Part shown: positions 14,561 through 26,986 of the stretch, piece by piece
How positions within the stretch are numbered: the stretch's first letter is position 1
How the letters are laid out: each line of letters opens with the position of its first letter
DNA from: Octopus sinensis
Lineage: Eukaryota
DNA: 64,000 nt
Assembly (NCBI RefSeq): GCF_006345805.1
Contig: NC_043009.1
Location: 58,280,001-58,344,000, forward strand
Reading direction: 5' to 3'
Made by a program: the position numbers and the translations under genes
The notes under the pieces: generated by a model
What the model was told of the DNA's origin: nothing
Databases searched by the model: none
What the model saw: only the letters and a program-made list of their open reading frames with translations

Positions 14561-14567
<7 letters not shown>

Positions 14568-14571
14568 TATT

Positions 14572-14914
14572 CTTTTCTTTTATTCTTTTACTTGTTTCAG
14601 TCATTTGACTGTGGCCATGCTGGAGCTGAGCCTTTTGTCTAGCAAATCGACCCCATGACTTATTCTTTGTAAGGCCAGTACTTAATCTATCGTTCTTTTT
14701 TTCCGAACCGCTAAGTTACGGGGACGTAAACACACCAGCATCGGTTGTCAAGCGATATTGCTGGGAGAAATACAGACACACAAATCCATTCACAAGACTT
14801 TGATCGGTCCGAGGCTAAGTAGAAGAGAGTTGCCCAAGTTGTCATGCAATGGGCCTGAACCCGGAACCATGTAGTTCATAAGCAAGCTACTTACGACATA
14901 GCCTCTCCTACGCC
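14572..14914 (-). mobile_element. SINE family A, near full length, internal microsatellite deleted
   Basis: Reverse complement of the family A consensus; cagacacac is joined directly to aaatccattcacaag. Confidence 0.9.
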
Positions 14915-14918
14915 ATAT

Positions 14919-14967
<49 letters not shown>

Positions 14968-15037
14968 TTGCAAACTTATATTTAAGTGTACATATACACA
15001 TACAAGAATATATACATATAAGTATACATGTATATAT

Positions 15038-15120
<83 letters not shown>

Positions 15121-15887
15121 ATATACATATATGTATGTATGTATAACGTATGTATATGTGCGTGTGTATACGGGTGTGGAAGATTTGCAATACTAAAGTC
15201 TCATCTAATGTTTCTAATCACAAAGCGAACATCATTGCTGGTGTTTTTCCTTGCTGTTGTTATTGTCATCATCTTCGACTCGCTGCAATTGTTGGTGTTG
15301 TTGTTATTGTTGTTATCTTTGTGGAGTTCGCCGCCTTAGTTACAGTTTTTGTTGTTGCGATTGTCGTTGTTTGGCTGCAGGTTAGACTTGATCAAGCAGA
15401 TCGATGAAATGACAGAGAGATCCTATGATAGTCTTTATTGAAACTGTATTTCCAATATTCGGATGTGATCTTGAGAGCGATTAATCTACGTTTTGTTGAT
15501 TAGACTCAAGTCAACTTTTATCGATCAAAACCAATGATCAAACGTTTTCCAACCATGACTATCACATGTTTTTTTTTTCCTCTTAAGAAAATGCAGTGAT
15601 TGCATAGTCTAATATCAGTTTTCTACTTTCAAGACGAGTGAATAGCTTGCAGTAAAATGCTCTGCTCTTTCTAGCTCATAAAACATCTACGTTGGAGCTA
15701 ACAAAACGTTTCGCTTTTCTTTTTTATGATGATGGTGGTTGCGTTGGAGACGGTGATAATTTCATCGTTCCACTTGTGTGTTGTTTTCTGGTCAATTCTG
15801 TCACAGATTATTTCGATACTATTCAGGTAGACCTAACAAGAATGTCATTCCATCCGTGCCAATTTAATTTCATCATATAATATATAT

Positions 15888-15935
<48 letters not shown>

Positions 15936-15993
15936 CTATATATTATATATATAGTATAATTAGATGTATATAATGGATATATATGGTCTAATA

Positions 15994-16186
15994 TGGATGT
16001 TTAACATACCCCTTTGAAGGATTTCTTTTCCTACATATTATATGTCGTGTGTAAATGTATATGTATATTGTATATCTATATATATATATATATATATAAT
16101 ATATATATATACATAGACGTATATCACTACACACGCACATATATAATGTAGAAAGAATCCTTCAAAGGAATATGTTTAAACATCCA
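15994..16186. repeat. Foldback element with central (TA)n
   Basis: tggatgttt-aacata..ctttgaaggatttcttt..ctacat..tatatg pairs with catatataatgtagaaagaatccttcaaagg..tatgtttaaacatcca. Confidence 0.8.
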
Positions 16187-17019
16187 ATTCGCCGGTACTT
16201 CAGTTTGGATACCATATAAATATTGGGTATAATTCAATAACAAAGATAAATTAAATATAGAGATAATCTATTGACATATTCAATAATTTATTTATATTAA
16301 AATATTATATTAAATACTATGAATATAATATATATATATATAAAATATATATCTATATATATAATCTATTTATATAATATATATTTTAATTTACCTTTAT
16401 ATATGTGTGGTGTGTTAACAGAGTTAGGGGTTACAATAACCGACTAAGGGATAAAATATCCGTATATACTATTCGTATCCGTAACCTGTATTATCCGCAG
16501 GCGTCGCTGTGCAGCTAACAACAGGATAAACAAGAGTTAATCAGGGACCAATACAAATGATCAGAAACTGGAGAAAACCTCAGATTAACAATCACAACGA
16601 TTGGACCACATTTATAGCGTATTTTTTAATGGAAAGCATGACATAACAAATAGGTGACGTAACATATCTTACGGCCGTTTCCGCATCCGTTGACAAAATG
16701 CTGTCTATAAATAAATGCGAGAATAAAGTTATTTATCTTCATAGGACATTAGAATTAAGGCACGCAGCTTCATCAGAGTAAGAAAAGAACAGATAATATA
16801 AACAAAGAGCATTCAATATAAACAAAGGGAAGAAGGAAAAGGAATTAAAACATTGCCTAGAAAAAACGTCTAAAAGCTCAATATGTTAAAAGCATATAAT
16901 TTACCATCTAGGGGCTACGAGGTCCCTAGGTAAAAGAGCGAGCTAGTAATGGTTTAGGAAATACTACAAATTATTAACGGATAGATGCAATTTAAAGTGG
17001 GAGTCAGGATGTTTTAATA

Positions 17020-17232
17020 AAGAAGGGTTCCTTCCCACTGCGTTGCACCTTGGACAAGTGTCTTCTACTATAGCCTTGTGAGTGAGTTTGGTAGACGGAT
17101 ACTGAAAGAAGCCCGTCGTATATATATTTGTGTATATATATGTATATATACATGTATATATACATATGTATATATGCTCCAGCATGGCCGTAGTCAAATG
17201 ACTGAAACAAGTAAAACAGTAAAAGAGAGAGT
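17020..17232 (+). mobile_element. SINE family A with internal deletions
   Basis: cccactgcgttgcaccttggacaagtgtcttctactatagcc..gaaagaagcccgtcg..gctccagcatggccgtagtcaaatgactgaaacaag. Confidence 0.85.
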
Positions 17233-17312
17233 AAGGAAAATACTAACATGATTATCAAATGGCGGTACCTATGCCAACGAGGTAAACTCAGGTAAATCAA
17301 ACAATTACCGTA

Positions 17313-18017
17313 GGGTGGTTAAAAAATATACACACAGTAATTATTCACGAGAATCCTACCTTAGACTTGCCGCATTGTGGTCCATAATTTGGTGAATGCT
17401 GCCACAATCCTTGCCTTCCGTTCATCTTTGGTGTGACAATGTATTTTGTTGGCGTCTCGTTCAACTACGTCCCACATATTATAATCAAGGGGGTTGTAGT
17501 CTGGGGATTTAGGTAGCCAGATGTTAAGGATAATGTGATCAGAGACATTGTTTGGCAGCCATCACTGGGTCCCCCTGCTTGTGTGGCATGGTGCAGAATC
17601 CTGCTACCAGACATAGGGTCTTCCATCAGTCACCTCCGTGCCCCAGGGCAGAACTATGTCCTCCAAAATCTTGATGTAGGTCTGGGTTGAAAGGAGGAAT
17701 AACGTTGCCATCACTAGTGTTCACTCCCAACACAATCATGTTCACTGTAAGCTTGACTTTTATCACTCTCGGTACATGTCCTCAGATTGCATTGTCCACC
17801 GATTGACACCCAAACACTATGGAATCTTCGTATTGGAGCCTCCGGCGAAAATGCCAGACGGAATAGCATGTTGTTTCCAAACGTCTAGCAGAGTGAATTG
17901 CGTCATGGTGCTGTTTTGTTTTCTCACAGACGGCGCCCAACTGACCCTACCGCTGTCTGTAGTCGACATAATCAAAAACGAACAATGCACAAGCGAGAAA
18001 TTTTCCAATCGCACCTG
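17313..18017 (-). mobile_element. Internally deleted DD37D (maT/Bmmar1-like) Tc1/mariner transposon
   Basis: Minus strand ~17390-17665 reads TYIKILEDIVLPW..RPYVW*QDSAPCHTSRGTQ*WL..IWLPKSPDYNPLDYNMWDVVER. I count 37 residues between the QD and LD aspartates. Degenerate TIR-like ends (TA|GGGTGG.. and ..CGCACCTG|TA). Confidence 0.88.
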
Positions 18018-18134
18018 TACATATAGTTCAAATTTACAAGAAACAAAAGGTGAAGATGGGTGTGAGAACAACAAGCGGGTGTATTAGGAAGCACGTAAAA
18101 GTATTATATACATACATATGTTAAAATTATATAT

Positions 18135-18168
<34 letters not shown>

Positions 18169-19175
18169 GAGGATATATATATATATATATATAAGTATAC
18201 ATATAAATAAATATATATAATATTATATAATATATATAGTGTATTTATATATGTGTAGATATGTATATATATATATATATATATATAAGTAACATATAAA
18301 TAATATATATTAATTTATTTATATATGTGTAGATATATTATATATATTATTATATAATATATATATATATATACATGTATATATATATGAAATATATATA
18401 TATGTATATGTATGTATAGATAATATTTTTATATATAAATATATATATTTGGTGTACTGCTGTTTGTGGGGAAAAAGTATTGCGTCCCACCAGTTACTGT
18501 ATAGCATTTAGCTACCCATTTATGCTTGTGCGTATATATTTAAATATACAGAATATTTATGAATGTTAATACAGAAAATTACTTTTCTGTGTAACCAAGT
18601 ACAGGAAATTGTTTTCGAATTTGCATTTTATATTAAAGAAAATTGATTTTGTAAATTAAAAGTCTTAAAGGTGACTAGGTCATACCTCTGCTGGAAGAGC
18701 GAATAGCCTCTATTTAAATGCAAAAGATGGAAAAGTCGAAAAGAAAAAAGAAAAAATACAACAGCACGTTTTTATGAATAATATAATTGCTGAATTAGTT
18801 TTATTCCACTTCTGTCTCGATATCACTCAAATGTAGAATATTATTAATTTACGCATGTACAATGTAATTCATGTATATTTATGAATGTAAAGATATATAC
18901 ATATACATATATACATACATTTATACATACATAATACATACTTACTATGTATGTATGTATGTATGTATGTAGGTATGTATGTATGTATGTATATATATAT
19001 ATAATATATATATTTATATATATATATATTACTATATATTATATTATATATATATATATTTTATATATATATATAATTATATTTATATATATATATTTTA
19101 TATATATATATATATTATAATATATATATATATATATATAATATATATATTTATATATATATTTAAGTTGCGGGG

Positions 19176-20680
19176 AAATGTTATTAAAGAGAACTGGAAA
19201 TGAATTATAGAAGAAACGCTGTGGCCAGGCAGTTTGAATCCGAAGACCAAAGAGCAAACAATCTAGAATCGACGATAAAATGAAATTGAAATCTACCAAA
19301 CGATAAATGGAAGTGAGAAATACCAATCGAGAAAATGAAAGTGAAAGAAGATGTAATCGTTTCCATGAAAGTAGAACTAAATCTCAGACAACATGAATGG
19401 CAATTTATAAGCAGAGCTGCGTTTGAGTCTAACAAAACCTTAGGTTATTAATCTGATTCAGTTGCCTTGATTGACGGGATTTAGATCAAAAATGTGCAAG
19501 GTGCAATATAAAAGTATATGCGAAAACAATATCTACAGAGTCCCTTCATCTATCGTTGGAGCGTAGTGGAGCAGAATCAAATAGAATAAAATTCTCGAAA
19601 CCAAATGATTTCTTTTCGAACTTCTGTACCTGAAATGAAAGTCAGATATCAATATTCGGAATACAGAGGAAGGTTTAGCATCGCTTCTTCGACTTTCAGA
19701 TTCTGATCATTAGTACTGACAGTTAAACGTCAGTGATGAGGAATGAGGTCACACGAAGCAATGTAATAACGAAATTCCACGCCGTTTTGAAGCAGTGGAT
19801 TTTGAAATTCTAGAAATTTTACATCAACGCATTTGATATGCAATAAGTTTTCAAAACGTTCTCTTGAAAATATTACGGAAACATAAGATAAAGTACGTTC
19901 TAACGAACAGGATTGTCAGTTTAATGCTCCTTTTGGCCATAAGTCTAATAATTCTGCAAAAGCAGAAATAATTACATCTGATTTGCAGAAATACACCAGT
20001 CATAAGTCCAGCTGCAATATCATCTCATGTTTGTGGAAAGGACATGACGGATACAATTTTAGTTGACTAAAGATATGATACAAATAAAGTAAGTATCGAC
20101 TAATTAAATCTGTGCCTAGTGGTTTATGTTCAAATGTATTGGAAATCCACTTCACTTTCGTCGACACATTACAAAAGTTTATACCGGATGTGAATACAAA
20201 ACCAAATCAGATAACGATGGCAGTTGAAAAATATATTCACCTCACAGACACCTTGAATAATGAAGAAAATAAAACGAAATTTGGTCAACTTGCTATCCAG
20301 TCATCATCTTTCAAAGGCGAGTCAAAAGACGTAAATGGATACACAAAAAAGATGCTATTATCTGCGGAAAAGAATTTAATCATTTTTTCGCTTGTAATCC
20401 GAAACGGACTGCAAAAGGAACAGAAATATATCGAGACCATAATATTCAACAGCAGCATAATATTACAGTAAGTGCTTTCTGTCAAAAAGTTATTTAGTTG
20501 AAAGAATTGTAGTGAAATGATATATCTTCGGAAAATTTTGCTGTGCATCATACAATGGCAGGAATGTGGCTTCACTCATTCCATTTAGGAGTCTATTTGT
20601 TCATACATTTGATAACTTCTCGTGGGTATTAATGAAAATGATGCCCTCTCTCCCATGGTCAATTCTTTTTATACCTTTCA
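19176..20680 (+). pseudogene. Decayed coding-like segment of unknown identity
   Basis: Non-repetitive and purine-skewed, with protein-like runs broken by isolated TGA/TAG stops (e.g. KSDINIRNTEEGLASLLRLSDSDH*Y*QLNVSDEE*GHTKQCNNEIPRRFEAVDFEILEILHQRI*). Contains the open frame 20088-20468. Confidence 0.35.
20120..20467 (+). CDS. Candidate internal exon, 348 nt, phase 2-2
   Basis: Open frame (ORF 20112-20471) bounded by ctaat..ctgtgcctAG| and |GTAAGT at 20468; length divisible by 3; non-repetitive peptide. Confidence 0.35.
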
Positions 20681-20900
20681 TTTTGTTGTTTCAGCCAAAG
20701 GACTGCGACCTGGCTGGAGCAACGTCTTGAAAGTCTGAGTCGAACAAATATACTCAAGTAATTATTCATTAGGGCTGGTACATATTCTATCCAACTACTC
20801 TGTTAAAGGGAGGTGAAAAAAACCAACACCGCGCTACAAGCAGTCAGAGGGTCAAACTAAAGTACAATGACATACTAACATATAGAAAAAAAACGTCGAC

Positions 20901-21199
20901 CTTTTCAAGCCTAGCCAGGCTCATGGGCCCCGTTTCCCGGTTTCTGTGGCGTATGTATTGCCTCCAAATGGATGGGACGCCAGTCAACCGCAGCGTTACT
21001 CAAGAAAGAGGAAGAGAGAGTAGGAGAAAGTTGTGGCAAAAGAGTACAACAGGGGTCACACAACCTCTGCCGGAGACTCGTGGAACTTTTTTGGATGTTT
21101 TCGCTCAATAAACACACACAACGCCCGGTCTGGGAATCGAAACCGCGAACCTCCGACCGCGAGTCCGCTGCCCTAACCACTGGGAGATTGCGCCTCCAC
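20901..21199 (-). mobile_element. tRNA-derived SINE family C, full length
   Basis: Minus head gtggaggcgcaat..cagtggttagggcagcggactcgcgg..ggtttcgattcccagaccggg has A and B boxes. The same head occurs at 38953 and 49871. Confidence 0.85.
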
Positions 21200-22230
21200 A
21201 TACTAACATATACCGACACGCATGTATACGCACAAAAATATGACGTCCGTTCAAAGAGTTTCCGTCAACTAAGTTCACTTATAAAGCATTGGTCGGATAC
21301 GTAGAAAATACTGGCCCAAGATACCGCAAACCGGGCCAGAAACCGAATCCTCCTGATTGCAAAGCGGGCTTCTTAACCACATACACTGTAAATTTCTTTC
21401 CTCATACTCAGAAGTAACAATATATGTGGTGTCTTTTAACTTCAGACAGAAAAGAAAATAATATGCCTAATAATATTGTATAACATATAGCAGTGCCGTA
21501 GTTATTTGGAAAATAGTTACTGAGATGAAAAATAATTTATTTGGGGTAATTATGTAAATAATTACAGCATTTTTAAAATGCATCTTTCATTATCAATAAA
21601 ATAAAGTATAAGAAAATTTATTATTTTAGGTTCAATGTTTGTTTATGTTTTTCTGAATCCATATGATACACCACTTAGAAAGTCTTTTTAAATTGCTCGA
21701 TGCAGGAATTTTTGAACGAATCAAAATTCTCGATGCAAATGAAAAATTGATTATGAGCAAATTTTAAGGCAATTTGTCTAAAATACAGTGAATTCATGAT
21801 GTTGTATTAATTTTTGGTATTAATAATTAGAAGCAAGACTCACCAGATAATTAAACTCCAATAAATTTCTACAAAGCAATAAATATATGAATATTTCCAT
21901 CTATATAGAGAATCGGTTAAAACAATTGCTGAGAGCAACATATTGACAGCAGGGATGATGCATGCATTCGTTCTTGCTTCTAGCACGGTAGACTCGAACG
22001 TTGATATGCTACATATTGTTGCATTAAGCCTACGGAGAATAACCTCGCAGAGCACCCACGAATTTGGAGCAAACGGGACTTTAAAATACCTGCATCATTG
22101 TAACTAAACATACATATCTATATTTACGATTACATATGTATATATGTGTATATATGTGTATGTATATATATATACATATATATATATATATGTATATGTG
22201 TGTGTGTGTGTGTGTTTTGCATGTATACTC

Positions 22231-22439
22231 TATTACTCTTTTACTTGTTGCAGTCATTTGACTGTGGCAAGTCAAGCAAATCGCCCCCAGAACTTATTCT
22301 TTGTAAGCCTAATACTTATTCTATCAGTTTCTTTTGCCCAACCGCTAGATTACGGGGAAGTAAACACACCAGTATCGGTTGTCACGCGACGTTTCTGGAA
22401 CACAGACATACAAACAGACACAGATATAATAATATATAT

Positions 22440-22491
<52 letters not shown>

Positions 22492-22640
22492 TGTATACGA
22501 CGGGCTTCTTTCAGTTTCCGCCTACCAAATGCACTCACAAGGCTTTGGTCGACCCGAGGTTATAGTAGAAGACACTATCCCAGTAAGACTGAACTCGGAA
22601 ACATGTGGTTGGTAAGCAAGCTACTTATCAAACAGCCACT
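22231..22640 (-). mobile_element. SINE family A with internal (TA)n
   Basis: Reverse complement of the family A consensus along both halves. Confidence 0.9.
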
Positions 22641-22705
22641 AGTATATATGTAGTATATATAGCGCCTGTAGTATATATGTGTGTGTGTGTGTATATATAT
22701 ATATA

Positions 22706-22935
22706 CTTTTATTCTTTTATTCTTTTACTTGTTCTAGTCATTTGCCTGCAGCTATGCTGGAGCACCACTTTGAAGGGTTTCAGTCGAAGAAAGCGACACC
22801 AAGACGTATTTTTTTAAAGCCTAGTATTTATTCTATCGGTCTCTTTATCGGAAACGCTAAGTTACGGAGAGATAAACACACCAACACTGAGTGTCAAGCG
22901 GTGATAGGGTGGGGGACAAACACGGACCCAAAGAG
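22706..22935 (-). mobile_element. SINE family A 3' half
   Basis: atgctggagcacc..ctattctatcggtctcttt..gctaagttacgg..aaacacacca..tgtcaagcg. Confidence 0.8.
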
Positions 22936-23029
22936 ACGCTCACATAGATATATACATGCATAAATATATATATATAGACATACAGACATATATATATGTA
23001 TGCCTGTACATGTTGCATGCGCGTTTGTG

Positions 23030-23175
<146 letters not shown>

Positions 23176-23518
23176 TATATATCAAACTAAAATCATTGAA
23201 CAAGCAAATACAAAGTCAACCGCATGTCATTTCATAATTCGAACATTTAATTATAGAATAAACATATAACCCGCAAGATGGAACAAAATTCATATGTACA
23301 GCACGTAATAATAATAATATGGTATGGTGCGAGAAAAATTCTTATCATTAAAACTTAGAATTAATATTCTAGCGATTCAAAGAGAATACATTTATAAAAG
23401 GACGTAGAAAGTAAAATATAATATAAGTAATATATAAAAATATATAGGTATATAAAAATATAGGCATATAAAAATATATAAAACATATATAAATATATAT
23501 ACATATAGGAGCGTATAA

Positions 23519-23573
<55 letters not shown>

Positions 23574-23820
23574 TGTAAATAAAGTAAAATAATGTTCATC
23601 GTTTAGAAATCTTAATCAGGTAAAATAAGCCTGATATATAAGAAGGAAATCATGTTTACTTATCCCTATGGCCATTTCAGGGGTGTATTATGTTTAAAGC
23701 ACTAGGGTGCATTTCGATAATACCTCCCTTCTATTGCAGTCCTATTAAACCTTTTTTTTGTTCCTGGCAAGAAACAATTATTGTATCGATATATATATAT
23801 ATATATATATAATATATGCA

Positions 23821-24060
23821 TATAACAGTTGAATAAAGTAAAAACATGGATTGCTTTTTATGTTTTTTATTAGCGTATTGAACTTTTTCTTACAATGTTG
23901 AAGTGTGTTTAACATTAAAAAGATATTTTGTAATGTTCGAACATTACAAAATATTTTTTTATGTTCAACAAACTGCAACATTCTAAAAAAAATGTTTTTG
24001 AAATACAATAATAAAAACCGTAAAAAGCAGACCATGTTTTAACTTGACTCAACTGATATA
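23821..24060. repeat. Spacerless 240-bp imperfect palindrome
   Basis: Perfect 32-bp core atattttgtaatgttc|gaacattacaaaatat (23923-23954); arms stay alignable out to tataacagttga / tcaactgatata. Confidence 0.88.
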
Positions 24061-24129
24061 TTATTCTATAAAACTTTACACTATTTCGGAAAAAATATAT
24101 GTATGTATATGTGTCAGTGTGTTTGTATA

Positions 24130-24235
24130 AGACGGGCTTCTTTTACCCTCTTTCTGCCAATTCACTGACAAAGCCTTGGTCGGCCTGAGGCTACGATAGT
24201 AGACAATAGGGTTGAACCCGGAACCATAGTGTTGG
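24130..24235 (-). mobile_element. SINE family A fragment
   Basis: gacgggcttcttt..aaagccttggtcggcctgaggcta..tgaacccggaaccat. Confidence 0.75.
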
Positions 24236-24285
24236 CGATCATGTGGCCATCATGAGAATAAAAATCTTCAGTGGTAATAATTGTC

Positions 24286-24580
24286 ATTAAAATTATAATT
24301 TAGGGTATCTAAGAGATACCATTAGGCTGGAAATAGCAACCAAAATTTGAATCTAAAACGACATTAAATGTACATATAGTACCAGGAGGGAAGACAAAGG
24401 AACAAAATAAACTAGCCAAAAAAATATCCAGTAATTTTTTTTTTGTTTTGCTAGTTTATTTTGTCTCTTTGCCTTCTCTCCTGGTGCTGCATGAATACTT
24501 AATGCGGTTCTAGAGCCATGTTTTGGCTGCTATTTCCAGCGTGGTGGTATCTCTTAGATACCTTCAATTATAATTTTAAT
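24286..24580. mobile_element. MITE-like foldback element, 295 bp
   Basis: attaaaattataatt..ggtatctaagagatacca..ctggaaatagca.ccaaaa..ccaggag..aaataaactagc pairs with gctagtttattt..ctcctgg..ttttgg.tgctatttccag..tggtatctcttagatacc..aattataattttaat. Confidence 0.8.
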
Positions 24581-25183
24581 AATAATAATAATAAAAAATA
24601 TATATAGGTGTTAGTGGACAGACAGGGAAGAGGCATTCAACACATTTCTTAAGAATAACCTATTTTATTATTTAAATATTTTCTTCGACTTCTTACAGAA
24701 ACCTACTTCGTTTACATCAATGTATTAGATAAGTGTAAGGGAAAATTCCTAAAGACATAGGTAAACGTGCTACAGATCTTATAATTAATTGAATGTATTT
24801 TCCTTTTAATATACAAAACGTACCCACCAGACGTTTATAAGAAATAACAAGAAACAAGCATAACTCCAAATAATAATTTGATTGAAATTTCTGAACTACA
24901 ACAAAGGTGTGTATTTGGCTTTAAAATTATTAATAATATGGTGAGCGTTTTTCAGTCCTTACTTTTTTCTAACCTCCCAGCAATGTGAATTCTAGTCCTT
25001 TCGCAAGGCAGAGATTAATGAATACACCCATTGTGAATATTTGCCAAGTACACAATATAGCGGGTATAGGTGTCCCGCTGAAAATTATGTCTTCGATTAC
25101 GTCGTATTTCACTGAACGATGCCACATACCGGGGTGATATTGCTTTCGGTGTGGCGTGCAAACCTAGAAACAACGGCGTGATA

Positions 25184-25435
25184 CGCCATCCGTCGCATCG
25201 GATACGCCGTCCGTCACATGGGATACGTCATCCGTCGCATCAGATACGTCATCCGTCGCATCAGATACATCCTCTGTCGCATCATATACGTCCTCCGTCG
25301 CATCACATACGTCCTCTGTCGCATCATATACGTCCTCTGTCCCATCAGATACGTCCTCCGTATCATAGGATACGCGCTCCATCGCATCACATACGTCCTC
25401 TGTCGCATCAGATACGTCCTCCGTCGTATCGGAGA
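25184..25435. repeat. 21-bp minisatellite, 12 units
   Basis: Consensus cgtc(c/a)tc(c/t)gtcgcatca(g/t/c)ata; exact 21-nt register from 25184 to 25415. Confidence 0.95.
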
Positions 25436-25571
25436 TCTACACGTTTCTGTGTAGTTTCAATATTCTCGCATGAATTGAATGCAAATACACGACTTGCATG
25501 TCTCACGGATTAAAACCAGTGTGTACCTGCACGTTTTCATGTAATCTTTCACTTCCGAAATATCTGCACCC

Positions 25572-25924
25572 TGTGGTAAGACAAGTCACAGTACGGATTC
25601 ACACACAGTACTGAACCACAAAAAATTTTATCTACCTGACTATTAGGTCGCAATACTACACAGTTGCTGTGTGTGAGATACGAAATCCTCGTCCCCACTG
25701 TTATTTCGCACGTTCGGATGCCTTCTACTCAACTCTGCTCTACCGTCCTCTTTTCTAGTCTCTGCTAATACTTCTCGAGGTCTAGACTTCTCCCTCTATA
25801 TCTACGTATTGGGCTAGTCTACTTCGTCGTCTGGCGGCGTCCACACAACAATGACAGAAATTCCACGATACCACCTTACGTAATAAACACACTGGCATAC
25901 CGACTTCTGACTCCATTCTCCACC
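25572..25924 (+). mobile_element. Possible solo LTR
   Basis: Starts TGTGG and ends CCAC(C); TATA-like ctctatatc ~25794 and AATAAA at 25882. No TSD found. Confidence 0.25.
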
Positions 25925-26574
25925 GATAAAAGCAAAACAAGGTAAAAGGTAAAACAAACAAAAAATACTGTACATAACTTCAAAAAAAAAAAATAATAAT
26001 AAAACAAACGAGCAAATTACGTTTTAGACAGATTGGTCACCTCTATAGAATTTGAAAATTTTTCGTACGCAGTTTTCGAAGTATCTGTTCTCTTATGACA
26101 CTCTTCCAAATTATTCGTAGGCGATATTTTACCAAAATATGCAGATAGCTTTATAGATAACATCACACTCACAAATTCACACCATCCTCCATATTCTAAA
26201 CTATTCTAAACAAATTTAAAATAAACTAGACTGCATCAACAAATTTAATCTAGAACTTAGCAAACCCACTTTCTCATTATGTATAGACAGAACTGAACAA
26301 TGCAAGCAATCATCAGATTCACTAACATAAACATACCACGCACACAAAAAACAAAATTATTTCAAGTTACACATCCTTATTCACATTTACAATAAACTAC
26401 AAGACAGTAAACCGCTCCACAGCAAACGTTACAGGGATATAAGTAGGGAAATCACTCACAATATATATATGGTTATAAGAACAATAAGATCTAACAAAAA
26501 CAGTAAACTCATCACGGTTTATGTGAAACTTCAATTTAAGACAAGCCACAGTCACTTTTTAAACTAACTTTTTT

Positions 26575-26986
26575 TTTTTACTTGTTTCAGTCATTTGATT
26601 GCGGCCATGTTGGAGCACCGCCTTTCGTCGAGCAGATCGACCCCAGGACTTATTCTTTGTAAGCTTAGTACTTATTATATCGGTCTCTTTTACCGAAGCG
26701 CTAAGTAAACACACCAGCACCGATTTTCAAGCGATGGTGGTGGGGACAAACACAGGTACACAAACATATATACATACACACATACACACACAACAGGCAC
26801 ACACGCGCACACACACATATATATATATGACAAGCTTCTTTCAGGTTCCATCTCCGAAATCTACTCACAAGGCATTCGTCGGCCCGAGGCTATAGAAGGA
26901 GATACTTGCCCTAAGTGCCACGCAGTGGGACTGAACCCGGAACCATGTGGTTGGTAAGCAAGCTACTTATCACACAACCACTCCTC
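26575..26986 (-). mobile_element. SINE family A, full length
   Basis: Reverse complement of the consensus from tttacttgtttcagtcatttga to gcaagctactta.cacacaaccactcct. Confidence 0.92.

Noticed and set aside
16756-16768. miR-124-like TAAGGCACGC
   Set aside because: Only 10 nt match; no remaining mature sequence and no precursor hairpin.
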